DNA of 64,000 bases from Candidatus Hydrogenedentota bacterium (GCA_963745075.1 CAVUWV010000030.1:1-64000); one strand, 5' to 3'; positions 1-9,996 are shown, counted from the first letter of the stretch. Notes: a model not told the origin generated them from the sequence alone. Numbers and translations are program-made.

Positions 1-484
1 CCTGCTTCGTAATCTTACCCAGGATGAATCCGTTGCCTTCACCGAGGCAACGCGCGGCCACATGCGCACGATTTGGATGCGTGGCAGTGCAAAAGAAACC
101 GTAAAGCTCTTCCATTTCGATTTCCGACTCACCCATCAGGTACTCGTCGAGATACTTGCGCACGTCTACGTTCTCAATCCTCTCGCCTCGGTGGCACTTC
201 TCTGCCCAAGTTGATTCGAGCGAACAAAGATGGAGTAGCGATAGCGACTCACATGCTCTGCGACATAATGGATGCGCATCTGGCAACTTGCCGCCGACAA
301 TCAGGTCGCGGGACTCGCAAAGAAGGGCCGATACGTCGGCCATCAGATCCCGCATCACGCGGTCCTGTGTATCCTTCGGTGGGATGTGTCCAAGAAGGTT
401 CGTGAGGCGAACGACCACGCGTGCGTAGTCGTCCGTCGCCCCGGTGTAGGGTTTCAATTCGTTTGTCTCGCGAGGCCTAAACAT
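1..484 (-). CDS. Hypothetical protein, runs off the left edge, possibly degenerate (DUF5677/HEPN-like motif pattern)
   Basis: Own translation: open frame from ATG 484, MFRPRETNELKPYTG...HPLCRRACESLSLLHLC...MEELYGFFCTATHPNRAH...; R-x2-E and Y-x5-H-P spacing. Not in the ORF track because there is no stop in the window. Confidence 0.45.
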   Translation of the reverse strand, partial: MFRPRETNELKPYTGATDDYARVVVRLTNLLGHIPPKDTQDRVMRDLMADVSALLCESRDLIVGGKLPDAHPLCRRACESLSLLHLCSLESTWAEKCHRGERIENVDVRKYLDEYLMGESEIEMEELYGFFCTATHPNRAHVAARCLGEGNGFILGKITKQ

Positions 485-543
485 CGGATTTCCTTGCGTT
501 CTGTCCCATATTGATCCATATCACCGGGAAAGCCGTGCTGAGT

Positions 544-645
544 TTAGAAATATATGATGTCTATCAAGCCAACCTCTATCATATACTCGATCCACCAGTT
601 GCGCAGACTTGCGAGCAGATTCAGTAATAACTGTAGCAGCGGCAT
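544..645 (-). CDS. Putative 33-aa hydrophobic micropeptide MPLLQLLLNLLASLRNWWIEYMIEVGLIDIIYF
   Basis: Own translation; preceded by GAAAGAGG, 7 nt before the ATG. Confidence 0.3.
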   Translation of the reverse strand: MPLLQLLLNLLASLRNWWIEYMIEVGLIDIIYF

Positions 646-723
646 TGCGTGACCTCTTTCATTGCCTTTGCCCGGCGAATGTCCCGTAGCTTGCGCGTAG
701 GACCGGTATTCGGGTCACTCGGT

Positions 724-1200
724 CTATTCGCGTGTCTCGGGCGTCGCTCCCGGTAATTGAGACGAGTCCGGTTCGGCAGCATTACTCTGAAGCCTTTCTT
801 TTAGATCGTCCAGCGTGATTTCCGTAGTGGAATAATCGCCCTCGGAAAGCCAGAAGTGTGGGTAGAATACTGCCTCCTTGCGCATAACGTCGCCCACGTC
901 CCGGGACCATCCGATGTAATTCCCTTTCGCATCGAATACGTAGAGCGCGCCGCCAGACGGAAGCGTTCGAGCATCCGGCCCGATAACGTGATAGTAGGTG
1001 ACCCCTCTCAGGTTTACTTCATAGCAGTACTCGACCGGAATCTGCCATTCCAGAAAGTCATCGAACGTCTGTACGGAAGACGGCGGAACAAGGTGCTTGT
1101 ACAGCACCATGTCACATCCTCTTGGAAGCAGAAAAAGGACACAGGCTGCCACAGCTACCGCTTGGACGATCTCGCGCGTCCATTTGACAACGCGTTTCAT
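724..1200 (-). CDS. Hypothetical protein with an N-terminal membrane anchor
   Basis: 158-aa ORF; GGGAGG SD upstream; hydrophobic stretch AVAVAACVLFLL. Confidence 0.65.
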   Translation of the reverse strand: MKRVVKWTREIVQAVAVAACVLFLLPRGCDMVLYKHLVPPSSVQTFDDFLEWQIPVEYCYEVNLRGVTYYHVIGPDARTLPSGGALYVFDAKGNYIGWSRDVGDVMRKEAVFYPHFWLSEGDYSTTEITLDDLKERLQSNAAEPDSSQLPGATPETRE

Positions 1201-1353
1201 CGGCCAAACCTCCCAAGGAGGGGTCGAGAGGTTGCGGATGCGACCGTTAGCACTGGCTTCGTCCCTTCTCGCTTGACCGTTTCCCTGTCATCCATTACGC
1301 CGGGCGGGGGAAACTCCTTGTAAAGTAGCGTTTGGACGGGGAAAGAGCAAGCC

Positions 1354-1385
1354 GATTGCGGATTCTGGATTTCGGATTGCGGATT
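1354..1385 (+). repeat. Degenerate heptamer tandem repeat (GATTGCG-type)
   Basis: gattgcg gattctg gatttcg gattgcg gatt; relatives at 2485-2512 (opposite strand), 4078-4100 and 7801-7830. Confidence 0.75.
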
Positions 1386-1411
1386 GAAAGATGCGTTGGA
1401 GATTCGGCCGG

Positions 1412-1708
1412 TCATGTACTGTTTCGGTCGACCGAGTAGTCTGGTTTCCGGTGTTGATGGGCTACGGCGACAACGATATGATCTTCTTCCACGAAATACA
1501 CGAACTTGTAGGGAAAGGTATGGAGGACGCACTTTCGTATGTCGCCGCGTTCGACGCTGCTTGCTTTGGGATACGCGCCGATTCGTAGGGCGGCCTTTTT
1601 CACGTCTGCCCTGAATCGGCGTCCGAGTCCTGCGTGTTCAAGTTCGTAGTAGCGAATGGCGTCGTCCTATTCTTGCCGGGCAAGTTCGGTGAATATGACG
1701 CGCATCAT
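1412..1708 (-). pseudogene. RelE/ParE-family type II toxin with an in-frame TAG at codon 14
   Basis: MMRVIFTELARQE*DDAIRYYELEHAGLGRRFRADVKKAALRI...FPYKFVY...VAVAHQHRKPDY; start overlaps the antitoxin stop; TAG at 1667-1669. Confidence 0.8.
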
Positions 1709-1911
1709 TCTTCCTTGAACACCTCCTCCATCGGGACCCCTTTCAGGGTTCCTTCACGGTACGCGTTGAGCCTCCGTTCCGCTTCTTTGGCCCAAATTTC
1801 ATCGAGCGTTTTGTCCGGCTCGTCGAGGCTCTTTATCAGGCCGTCGATCAACGTGAACCGCTCTTCCGGTCTCAGCTTCATGGCTTCATCCAGCAGATCT
1901 TTTACGCTCAT
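1705..1911 (-). CDS. Addiction module antitoxin (TIGR02574-like)
   Basis: MSVKDLLDEAMKLRPEERFTLIDGLIKSLD...WAKEAERRLNAYREG...PMEEVF; GGGAGG SD; directly upstream of the ParE-like gene. Confidence 0.85.
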   Translation of the reverse strand: MSVKDLLDEAMKLRPEERFTLIDGLIKSLDEPDKTLDEIWAKEAERRLNAYREGTLKGVPMEEVFKEE

Positions 1912-2059
1912 TGCGTTGCGCCTCCCATCGGGGAATCTTCTTGGATCGTAGCGTATGGACCGGGAAAGGGCAAGGGGAAAGAGGCCGGAGACCGGAGTCC
2001 GGAGGAGCAACGCTTCAACGCAAAGGGTACGACGGGGATGGATTCAGTGTTTGTGTCGC

Positions 2060-2214
2060 TGCTTTGCGATCTTGGCGACTTCGCGTCTTTGCGTTTTAGT
2101 TTGCTGGGGGCTGGGATGGGAGAAGAGATTTCACCTCGAAGGCGCAAAGGTCGCGAAGTTTTGAATGGGTGAAGTTCTCCCCTTTTTTTGTGGACTTCGC
2201 GGCTTCGCGGTTTA
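2060..2214. repeat. Degenerate ~8-9-mer intergenic repeats (cttcgcg/ctttgcg type) in both orientations
   Basis: ctttgcgatcttggcgacttcgcgtctttgcgtt; cgcaaaggtcgcgaag; cttcgcggcttcgcggtt. Confidence 0.55.
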
Positions 2215-2694
2215 GATTCTTGGTGGCTGTAGACCGGAGACCGGACTTCGGAAAGGGAACCCTCCGGAGGCGTTCATCGCCAAATGGCGGAGACCCTTCA
2301 TGTCACGCCAGCACACCTCTCCCGACTAAGGACCCATCCCCAGTGCAACACTCCGATCTATATTTATAAGGAGAACTTTGCCCATGGCAAACAATACGGA
2401 AGAAGCTCAGGGCCCCCCTCCGGACTCGCGTCTCCGCCGATTCCGCGTGCAACCCCTTACCCGTTCTACATTTATCAAAAGACTCCGCAATCCGAAGTCC
2501 GCGATCCGCGATTGACACCCCCCCTTGTTCCGTCAAAATAGAAATGGGGTGCACCCCCCCGCCGACTTGGCGTCTTACGTTTTTCGCGTTGTGGGGGTTC
2601 TTGTGTACAATGCGGTTTCCTTTGCCTGCGGGATCGTGGACGTGGTTCGTTCGCGCGGGGAGTTACGGGACGGAATGAAAAGAGGTATGCGGAC

Positions 2695-4062
2695 ATGATG
2701 AAAGCACGTACGTTTGGGAAATGGATGATCTTGGCCGTGGTGGTGTTCGTGTTGGGCGCCCTTGGCGGCACGGGCCTTGCCGTGGCGCAGGATGCCGGGA
2801 ACACGGCGATCACGCCGGTGTCGCGGGCGGACGAGTGGTGGATGCCGCGGCATGAGGAGAAGGTCGCCCGGATCAAGCAGGGCAACGTCGACCTCCTGAT
2901 GATCGGCGATTCCATTACCCACGGTTGGGAGAACGGCGGCAAGGCCGTGTGGGACCAGTACTACGGCGATCGCAACGCGGTAAACCTGGGGTTCTCGGGC
3001 GACCGCACGCAGCACGTCCTGTGGCGGCTCGATCACGGCGAGATCGACGGCATCTCCCCCAAACTCGCGGTCATCATGATCGGCACGAACAACTGGAAAG
3101 ACAACAGTGCGGAAGAAATCGCCGCAGGCGTGACGGCTATCGTCGACAAGCTCCGCGCCAAGCTGCCGGAGATGAAGATTCTGCTGCTGGCCATCTTCCC
3201 CCGGGCGAACGTAGACATTCCCTCCCGCGAGAAGCTCGTCCAGGCTAGCGCGCTGTTCTCGAAGTGCGCGGACGGGGACATGGTCCACTATCTGGATATC
3301 GGCCGTGTGTTCCTAGATGCGGACGGCAATCTGCCGGAATCCGTCATGCCCGACCTGCTGCACCCCAACGCCGTCGGTTATCAACTCTGGGCGGAGGCTA
3401 TCGAGCCGGACGTTGCGAAACTCATGGGCGAAATCGATGCGGGCAAAGCTCCGAAGGGTTTTGAAAAGGCGTTCAACGGAAAAGACCTGACGGGCTGGAA
3501 AGGCGTCCCCGCGAGTCCCAATGACAACCCCGAGAAGCGGGCCGCGCTGAGTCCCGACGAGTTGGCCAAGGTCCAGGCGGATGCGAATGCGCTCATGCAA
3601 GAGCACTGGAAGGTCGAAGACGGCGTCCTCCACTACGACGGCAAGGGTTTTAGTCTCGCCACGGACCGCGACTACGGGGACTTCGAGATGCTGGTCGACT
3701 GGAAGATCGAGAGCCTCGGCGACAGCGGCATCTATCTGCGCGGCGCTCCGCAGGTCCAGATCTGGGATCCCGCCAAGTGGCCCCAGGGTTCCGGCGGTCT
3801 CTACAACAACCAGAACAATCCCAAGGACCCCCTCGTCTGCGCAGACAATCCCATCGGCGAGTGGAACACGTTTCGGATCAAGATGGTCGGCGAACGCGTG
3901 ACGGTCTATCTGAACGACAAACTCGTCGTCGACAACGTCGTCCTCGAAAACTACTGGAACCGCGACATCCCCATCTTCCCGACCGGGCAGATCGAATTGC
4001 AGCACCACGGCTCGAACTTGTGGTTCAAGAATATCTTTATACGCGAGATACCGAGGGGGTAG
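2695..4062 (+). CDS. Secreted SGNH/GDSL esterase fused to a DUF1080 (3-keto-disaccharide hydrolase-like) domain
   Basis: Signal peptide; GDSIT, GFSGD, IGTNN and DLLHP SGNH blocks; C-terminal FNGKDLTGW...DSGIYLRG...GEWNTFRI...LQHHG..LWFKNIFIREI. Confidence 0.9.
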   Translation: MMKARTFGKWMILAVVVFVLGALGGTGLAVAQDAGNTAITPVSRADEWWMPRHEEKVARIKQGNVDLLMIGDSITHGWENGGKAVWDQYYGDRNAVNLGFSGDRTQHVLWRLDHGEIDGISPKLAVIMIGTNNWKDNSAEEIAAGVTAIVDKLRAKLPEMKILLLAIFPRANVDIPSREKLVQASALFSKCADGDMVHYLDIGRVFLDADGNLPESVMPDLLHPNAVGYQLWAEAIEPDVAKLMGEIDAGKAPKGFEKAFNGKDLTGWKGVPASPNDNPEKRAALSPDELAKVQADANALMQEHWKVEDGVLHYDGKGFSLATDRDYGDFEMLVDWKIESLGDSGIYLRGAPQVQIWDPAKWPQGSGGLYNNQNNPKDPLVCADNPIGEWNTFRIKMVGERVTVYLNDKLVVDNVVLENYWNRDIPIFPTGQIELQHHGSNLWFKNIFIREIPRG

Positions 4063-4130
4063 GCGGGAGGAGGAGCCGATTGCGAATTGCGAACTGTGGA
4101 TCGGGCGGAGCGATCGGCGGCTTCACGCGA

Positions 4131-4538
4131 TCATTGCGCAGATCCGTAGGATTCGATAGATCTGGCTGTTTCCGGAAACGCATTGAGAATCTGTGCATCG
4201 GAGGTTACCAGCGGGACGTTCAGGTGTTGCGCCAATGCGACGAATTCGCAGTCGTAAGCAGAGCACCTTGATTCGTGCAGCAGTCGAACAACGCGGGTGG
4301 AGTCCACTTGGTACTCAGCGCCTTGCATGAGCGCCTCGGCTTCAGTCATGAAAGCCAAGGCCGCGTCCAGGGTCAGAATTCCTTGCCTAAGATAGATGGC
4401 TAAGACGCCTCGGAACTCGCTCCGCCATAACAAGGGGGCGGCCCAGTTCGCATCCTGTTGATAGACTGCTCGGGCCGCGGGGGTCTTGTCGCCACCGAGC
4501 AGCAGGTAGGCAATCACGTTCGTGTCGACGACGATCAC
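4131..4538 (-). CDS. vapC: VapC-family PIN-domain toxin
   Basis: MIVVDTNVIAY...SE...SAYDCEFVALAQHLNVPLVTSD. Confidence 0.9.
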   Translation of the reverse strand: MIVVDTNVIAYLLLGGDKTPAARAVYQQDANWAAPLLWRSEFRGVLAIYLRQGILTLDAALAFMTEAEALMQGAEYQVDSTRVVRLLHESRCSAYDCEFVALAQHLNVPLVTSDAQILNAFPETARSIESYGSAQ

Positions 4539-4777
4539 GGACGCCCTTCCGACTTCGCCTTGCGAAGGATTTCGTCCGTGAGCGGCGGAAGGTTGGTCTG
4601 CTCACGCAAGGCATCTGCGCGGGCCAGGAAGGCGGTGGGATTCGGCTTGCTGGCGAGTAACGTGCGTTCGAGACAGACGATGATCTCCTGGTTAATGCTG
4701 CGGCGGTTCTCGGCGGCGCTTAGCTTTAGTCGGTCGTAGAGTTCGACCGGGATACTCTTGACGGTTATATTTGGCAT
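4535..4777 (-). CDS. Arc/FitA-like ribbon-helix-helix antitoxin
   Basis: MPNITVKSIPVELYDRLKLSAAENRRSINQEII; 4-bp overlap with vapC. Confidence 0.85.
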   Translation of the reverse strand: MPNITVKSIPVELYDRLKLSAAENRRSINQEIIVCLERTLLASKPNPTAFLARADALREQTNLPPLTDEILRKAKSEGRP

Positions 4778-4889
4778 GGCGGCACCTCATTGGTTCCATT
4801 ATGCAACCATTTTAATACCATTTTACCACCACCTTTCCGATTTGGCAACGGGCTCAAGCTGCCACTTCTCCCTCGAAGACCAAGCGGGC

Positions 4890-7697
4890 TCAAGCGGATG
4901 GGTGGTCTTGCTTTGCGAAATGACCTACCTGGAGTGGCAACACGGTGAAGGTGATCGTTTCTTTTTCGGTGCCGATGTAGCCGCCCCAGCCTACGCGGAC
5001 GGCGGTCACGGCGGACCAGTCGAAAGCGCCGGTTGTGGGCGGGCTCCACCCCGCGCGCTCGAATTGGGACAAGGACACGAAGCAGCGTTGCGTCCCCGGC
5101 TCGCCCAGGGAACGGTCGGTGTTCGCGATGTACTCGGCGCCGTTGGCATCACGCACGATTACGCGCAGAGGCGTGGGTGCGGTTTGGCCTTCGGGAACCG
5201 TTGTGTCCACGACGAAGCACACGGCGTCGTGCAGGTCGATGGGGTTCTCGTAGGAAAACGAGACGAAGAGATGGGTGTCTACGTCGCTTTTGGTGAGCCG
5301 GGCGGCGGCGGTCCGAACGTCGCCAGACTGCGGCTCGATGCCGCCCTCGACAAATTCGCCTTTGCCAACCGTTGGTTGCGCTGCTGGCAATGCCGATAAA
5401 TTCAGGCCAGGCAGCGCGCCCTCGGCGACCGTCCTTCGCGCGGGGCGTTGTGCTTCTTCGAAGCGATAGAGCATTCCACCGAAAGGTCCGAGTTTGACCG
5501 GCACGCCACCCGCTGACGGCAGCGGCGTCATCATACCGGTCGCCGGGTCCCACTGCTCCGCTTTCCCGCTTGCGGAGAAGTCCACGACGCCTTCCCAAGG
5601 CTCCCGGCTGTCGTTGATCAGGAAGTAGACTTCATGGCCGTCGATCCGGCGATGGGTGACGCGAACCGGGGCGTCCTTCTCCCCCATTCGCACATCCGGG
5701 TCCAGGAGCGAATCCAGGACCACCGGTAACAGCCCGTCGGAACCCGGCGGCAGATACACGCCGACGCCGCCGGCTTCGTTGGTCGCGAAGTTTGGACTAT
5801 CCCCGCGGGTGAATAGTTCGTCGGCGAGGACCTGGACGGCGGGTGACGGGAATTCGCGTTCGCTGTTGGCCGGGAGGCACGACACCGCGACGATCACGCC
5901 GCCGCTGCGCCAGAACGCGGCCAGATTTTCCCAAGCCTGCATGGGCAGCGTGTCCGCGCAGGGCAGCACGACCACGCGCCATTCCAGGTTGCCGTGCTTG
6001 AGGACGCCGTGGTCGACGGTCGCCTCGGACAGCGCTTGTCCGTCCACGTAGGTGAATTCGCGACGCGTCTCGAAGAGACTGTTGCTGGTCGCGCGGTAGA
6101 TCGATTGGATGCGCTGCGCGTCGGGGGGACAGTTCTCGGTCATGTGGTACGACGGTACGAACCGGGGCCACACGCTCTCCGTGGGATAAAGCACGGCAAT
6201 ATCGGCGACCTGATGTCCGCCTTGGAGCATGGTGGAGCAACGACCGATCCACTCGTTGAGGCGCACCTTCTGTTCCGTGGAAAGCCGTGCGAACGAGTAG
6301 TAGCTCGTGATCGTCGTGATGCCGTTGAGCAGGAGAAGGTTGCAGGTGCCGCGGATTTCGTCTTCGGTGACCACGCGCACCGGGCGATTGTCGCCCTCCC
6401 GGCGATACCGTTCCGCATGGTCCGACGTCTCGCTCATCGTGACCGTGCGCCCCTCCAACTCGGCGGCACTGCTCAGCAGCCGTGCCACGAACCAGGGGAT
6501 GTTTTCGGGGACGCTGGTCAGGCAATCCATGCTCGGGGCGTCAAGCCGCCGGATGCAGCGGAAGAAATCGCCGTACAACGGCGTGTGCGCCAGCAGGGGT
6601 TCTTCCATGAGCAGGTGGCCGCCCGATTGCGTGCCATGCGCACGGCACCAGGTCTGAATCTGACCGAAGTAGTTCTCGGAAACGAGTTCGCCTACCGTGA
6701 GCCAGAAGTCGTACCGGACGGCGCGTCCTTTCGCGCCGGCATCGGCGACGAGTGCAGGGACGACGGGCTCCAACGCGTAGCCGCGCCGTTTCTCGAATTC
6801 GCCGGGCAGGTTCGGCGCCCACGGCAGCACGCGGTAGGGCTGCCGCTTCAGGAACAGGCTCATGAGAGACGGCTCATCGGTAAACGTTGCGATGAACCAT
6901 TGACCCAGATCGTTCCCAAGGTGCTTCGCGTAAGCATCGTGGGTCAGTTCGATGAAGCGCGCGGTGGGTTCCGGCATGAGGAGGTTCGGATAGGGCAACG
7001 TATCGGAAAGGTTGCCGTCGGCATGGGTGCCCTTGTGGAGGAAGTCCTTGGTGATGACCATGACACGCCAGGAACTCGCCGGTGCATTCCACGAGAGTTG
7101 TCCATCGTGTATATCCGATGACAGGTCGACCGGTTGATCCAGAGCGATCGATCCGTTGGTAACGGGAAGCGCTGACGCGCATATGAGTTCGCCCGGTGGG
7201 ACGGTGAGTTGGACCTCGCCGCCCTCCGACATCGCGTCCGCAATATACAGGCCTTCCGCTTGCCATTCCGGATGGTCGCGGAGCGTGAGGCCGCCCGCTT
7301 TGCAGGAGGGGTAGCCCCGCTCGTCGTACAGCCACAGGGCCATGCCCATGTCCTTCGCCTTAGTCACGCCGCGTACGAAAGCCGTCCATTTTTCCTCGCT
7401 TTCGAGGTAGTCGGTGAAGGAGACATTGGTCACGATGCCGCCAAAGTCTTGATCGCTGAGCGATTGGAGCAGGTTGTCCTGAGCCTCGGACGCATCGGGA
7501 AGGCCGTGGACGATCTTCAGGACGCGGGCTTCTGCGGGCGGGTGTGCGAAGCGTTCGGCGAGTGGAGGGTCCGACTGTGCCGCGGAACTCATGGCCGCGA
7601 TCGTGGCGCCCAGCAATAGGAAGAGCGTCGGCGCCATCAAACCGCGGGGACCGGTGCCAGCCGGTAGTGATTTGCTGGCAAATGCGTTCGGCCGCAT
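4890..7697 (-). CDS. Secreted glycoside hydrolase, GH106/alpha-L-rhamnosidase-like, with a C-terminal beta-sandwich
   Basis: 935 aa; signal peptide; LWLYDERGYPS..AGG, FTDEP, ADIAVLYP and WDPATG motifs. Confidence 0.7.
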   Translation of the reverse strand: MRPNAFASKSLPAGTGPRGLMAPTLFLLLGATIAAMSSAAQSDPPLAERFAHPPAEARVLKIVHGLPDASEAQDNLLQSLSDQDFGGIVTNVSFTDYLESEEKWTAFVRGVTKAKDMGMALWLYDERGYPSCKAGGLTLRDHPEWQAEGLYIADAMSEGGEVQLTVPPGELICASALPVTNGSIALDQPVDLSSDIHDGQLSWNAPASSWRVMVITKDFLHKGTHADGNLSDTLPYPNLLMPEPTARFIELTHDAYAKHLGNDLGQWFIATFTDEPSLMSLFLKRQPYRVLPWAPNLPGEFEKRRGYALEPVVPALVADAGAKGRAVRYDFWLTVGELVSENYFGQIQTWCRAHGTQSGGHLLMEEPLLAHTPLYGDFFRCIRRLDAPSMDCLTSVPENIPWFVARLLSSAAELEGRTVTMSETSDHAERYRREGDNRPVRVVTEDEIRGTCNLLLLNGITTITSYYSFARLSTEQKVRLNEWIGRCSTMLQGGHQVADIAVLYPTESVWPRFVPSYHMTENCPPDAQRIQSIYRATSNSLFETRREFTYVDGQALSEATVDHGVLKHGNLEWRVVVLPCADTLPMQAWENLAAFWRSGGVIVAVSCLPANSEREFPSPAVQVLADELFTRGDSPNFATNEAGGVGVYLPPGSDGLLPVVLDSLLDPDVRMGEKDAPVRVTHRRIDGHEVYFLINDSREPWEGVVDFSASGKAEQWDPATGMMTPLPSAGGVPVKLGPFGGMLYRFEEAQRPARRTVAEGALPGLNLSALPAAQPTVGKGEFVEGGIEPQSGDVRTAAARLTKSDVDTHLFVSFSYENPIDLHDAVCFVVDTTVPEGQTAPTPLRVIVRDANGAEYIANTDRSLGEPGTQRCFVSLSQFERAGWSPPTTGAFDWSAVTAVRVGWGGYIGTEKETITFTVLPLQVGHFAKQDHPSA

Positions 7698-7879
7698 GGG
7701 CTTCCTCCTTTACGGCAAGTACAGCAGCCCGCACTCCAACGCGCCGGGCCGCAATGCGCCGTCCGATGGTAGCGTACGGACGCAAACCGAGCAAGGGAAC
7801 GATTGCGGAATTCGGACTGCGGATTGCGGAAGGGGAAATAGTCTCTGGCGCGACGATTCATGCGCGTGTGAATTATGAG

Positions 7880-8242
7880 TTAGAACGGTGGATCGTACTG
7901 AAGGACCAGTGATTCGTGCTCCGAATCATGGTCCTGCCACCATTGCTTCCAGTAGCGCTGCCGATCGGTCTCTGGGGGGTGGGCGTCTGGAAACCACGCC
8001 TCCAGCGTGCTCTCGATCCACCACCCATCGGGACCGTCGAGCCCAGTTATGAGGTAAGGGATGTCGACTGGCTCCGTCTTGTGTACGACATAGCCGAAGG
8101 CACCTGCGTCAGGTCCGAATGGGTGCGTCACGCGCCAGCAGGCATATCTGTATGAGTGAGTCCAGAGAAGTTCGTTTGCGATGGGCAGCAGGACGACCGC
8201 AGCGGCGAGAACGACGCAGACAATCTTGATGCGATTCTTCAT
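7880..8242 (-). CDS. Hypothetical protein with an N-terminal TM helix
   Basis: MKNRIKIVCVVLAAAVVLLPIA...WKQWWQ; GGAGA SD. Confidence 0.6.
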   Translation of the reverse strand: MKNRIKIVCVVLAAAVVLLPIANELLWTHSYRYACWRVTHPFGPDAGAFGYVVHKTEPVDIPYLITGLDGPDGWWIESTLEAWFPDAHPPETDRQRYWKQWWQDHDSEHESLVLQYDPPF

Positions 8243-8387
8243 GAGGTCTCCGCGAAGGTCATCCACCAGGTCTGTTATCCAATACAGGCCATTCGTGAAC
8301 TGCATCATTCTACAAGATGTGCAGCAGTGTATGCGTTACAATGCGAACGGAGGGCCCTGCATCAATCAATACCAAGGAGATCGAACC

Positions 8388-9702
8388 ATGCGATTGGGAA
8401 TGATATGGATGGCGATGGTGCTGTCGTTGACCGCAGTCGGCGGCGCGGCGGAGCCCGAGGCCACAGTATCGGAGATGGCAAAGGCTGTCGAGCGGCCGGC
8501 CGGTGCGCCGCGGTATAGCGACGTGAGCATGCGCCTGTTTCGGAAGTACGACGACGGCCGGGAACTCGCAGCGGCGGAGGCTTTCCACATTACGCGGGCG
8601 GACTGGTCCTACATTCGGGACAAGGCGTATATCGAGGCCATTCACGACCGCGGCTGGACCTTTCAGGGTTCGACGAACGCGGTCACGCACAATCCGGAAT
8701 TTGCCCTTAAAGACGAGAACGGTGAGCCGGTGCTCGACCATTTCAAGAAGCCCGGCCGATTCTGGTCCGACTGCACCAATTCGGCCTATCGGGATGCGTA
8801 CGTGAACGAGTTGCGCGACTGGGTCGCATGCGGCGTGGACTCGATCCAGCGTGACGAACCGACGGCCATCCGGCACTGGAGCATTCCGGATGCCGTTGAC
8901 TTTTTCGAAGACGTGCACGGGCGGCTGAGCAAGGCCGTAGGACGCGACGTGCCGATGTCGGTCAATCTCGCGTGGAACAAGTCTGTCTTCGGCGGGGACG
9001 GCGAGCCAATCACGCGACTCTTCGATTTTGGGATGGCGGAGTTGGGCAGCAGGCACGTGCGGCCGGAGTTCTTCGTGGAGGCCGCGAATGAGGCGGCGCA
9101 GCGGCGGTCGTGCATCGTTTATACCAGCTATCAGAAGATGGATATCCCCACCTACCGGCGCGCCATTGCCGGCTGCTACGCCAACGGCATGCTGTTCATC
9201 GTGCCTTGGGACCAGTATGCCGGCACGCAAAACCCACGTGTATTCAGCGCGCCCGAGGACCTGGCCGATTTATACGGTTTCGTGCGTGGGAGTGCAGCCT
9301 TCCTTGACGGGTACGAGGCGGTTACCGCAACGGGCCAAGGGCTGGGCGCCAGTGAGGCATTGTCACTTGAAGATGCGGACGGCAAGACCGCTTGGGTGCG
9401 CGCGCAGCCGGGAGAGACCGACGCGCCGGTGGTCATCCATCTGGTCGACTGGGACGAGCCTAATGCTTTCCGCGTCCGTCTGCGAAATGACTCGTTCTTC
9501 CCGGGGAAGAAACTTGCGGTGGAGTTGCGACAGCCGATGCCGTACGACGCCGCAGCGCACTCCGCGGCGGAGGCGACGTCACACGTACGGTGACCTGGTG
9601 GCAGCTCAGCCGCTGGAAGTCGAGAACGATGGGCGGTCGTCGCAGGTGTCGGTGCCGGCCATTGGGCCGTGGGCGATGCTCATCGTTCGGGCGGACGAGT
9701 AG
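8388..9702 (+). CDS. Secreted hypothetical protein (possible TIM-barrel glycoside hydrolase-like); frameshift near 9580
   Basis: AAGGAGA SD; signal peptide; GVDSIQRDEP; C-terminus continues in a shifted frame (HTYGDLVAAQPLEV...PWAMLIVRADE). Confidence 0.65.
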
Positions 9703-9814
9703 AAAATCCAGATGGTAAGCGGGCGGAACGCTTGCGCTACATCGATAGCCATCGTTGGGGCGTTTTACGTCAGAATTACCGTTGGTCAATTCCCGAAATA
9801 CCGAAGATGAAATT

Positions 9815-9863
9815 GCGCGTGCTGTGCCCCGAAATTGGATATTGCACGGGACGCAGCACGCGT
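9815..9863 (-). terminator. Stem-loop downstream of the 32-aa micro-ORF
   Basis: gcgcgtgctgtgccccg ... cgggacgcagcacgcgt, an imperfect 17-bp stem. Confidence 0.55.
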
Positions 9864-9897
9864 TTCCTTCGTTCAATGGGTACGTTTCGAGAAAACC

Positions 9898-9996
9898 TTA
9901 CGAAGAGGTGGGTTTCATTTTGACCGGTTTCATCTTTGCCGGTGCACCCGCGATCGCCGGGGGCGAGAGCTTCGAGATCTTCTTCAGGTGTTTCAT
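9898..9996 (-). CDS. 32-aa micropeptide MKHLKKISKLSPPAIAGAPAKMKPVKMKPTSS (candidate precursor peptide A)
   Basis: Own translation; AAAGGAGA SD 7 nt before the ATG; 57 bp after the asnB stop on the same strand; similar to the peptide at 28706-28840. Confidence 0.7.
   Translation of the reverse strand: MKHLKKISKLSPPAIAGAPAKMKPVKMKPTSS

Noticed and set aside
1667..1669. Amber recoding (pyrrolysine or alternative genetic code)
   Set aside because: TAG is a normal terminator for many genes here (for example 4062, 16008, 37407), and no pyl genes are present.
2341..2515. Two loosely similar gtgcaac...cta(c/t)atttat motifs and a short ORF (MANNTEEAQGPP...) after AAGGAG
   Set aside because: The similarity is short and gapped, and the ORF runs into a heptamer repeat with no protein-like features.
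5994..7121. Long antisense or alternate-frame ORFs (for example 5994-7121, 31449-32396, 34676-35626, 39412-40836, 61300-62352)
   Set aside because: They are shadows of well-supported genes in high-GC DNA, Arg/His-rich and without motifs.
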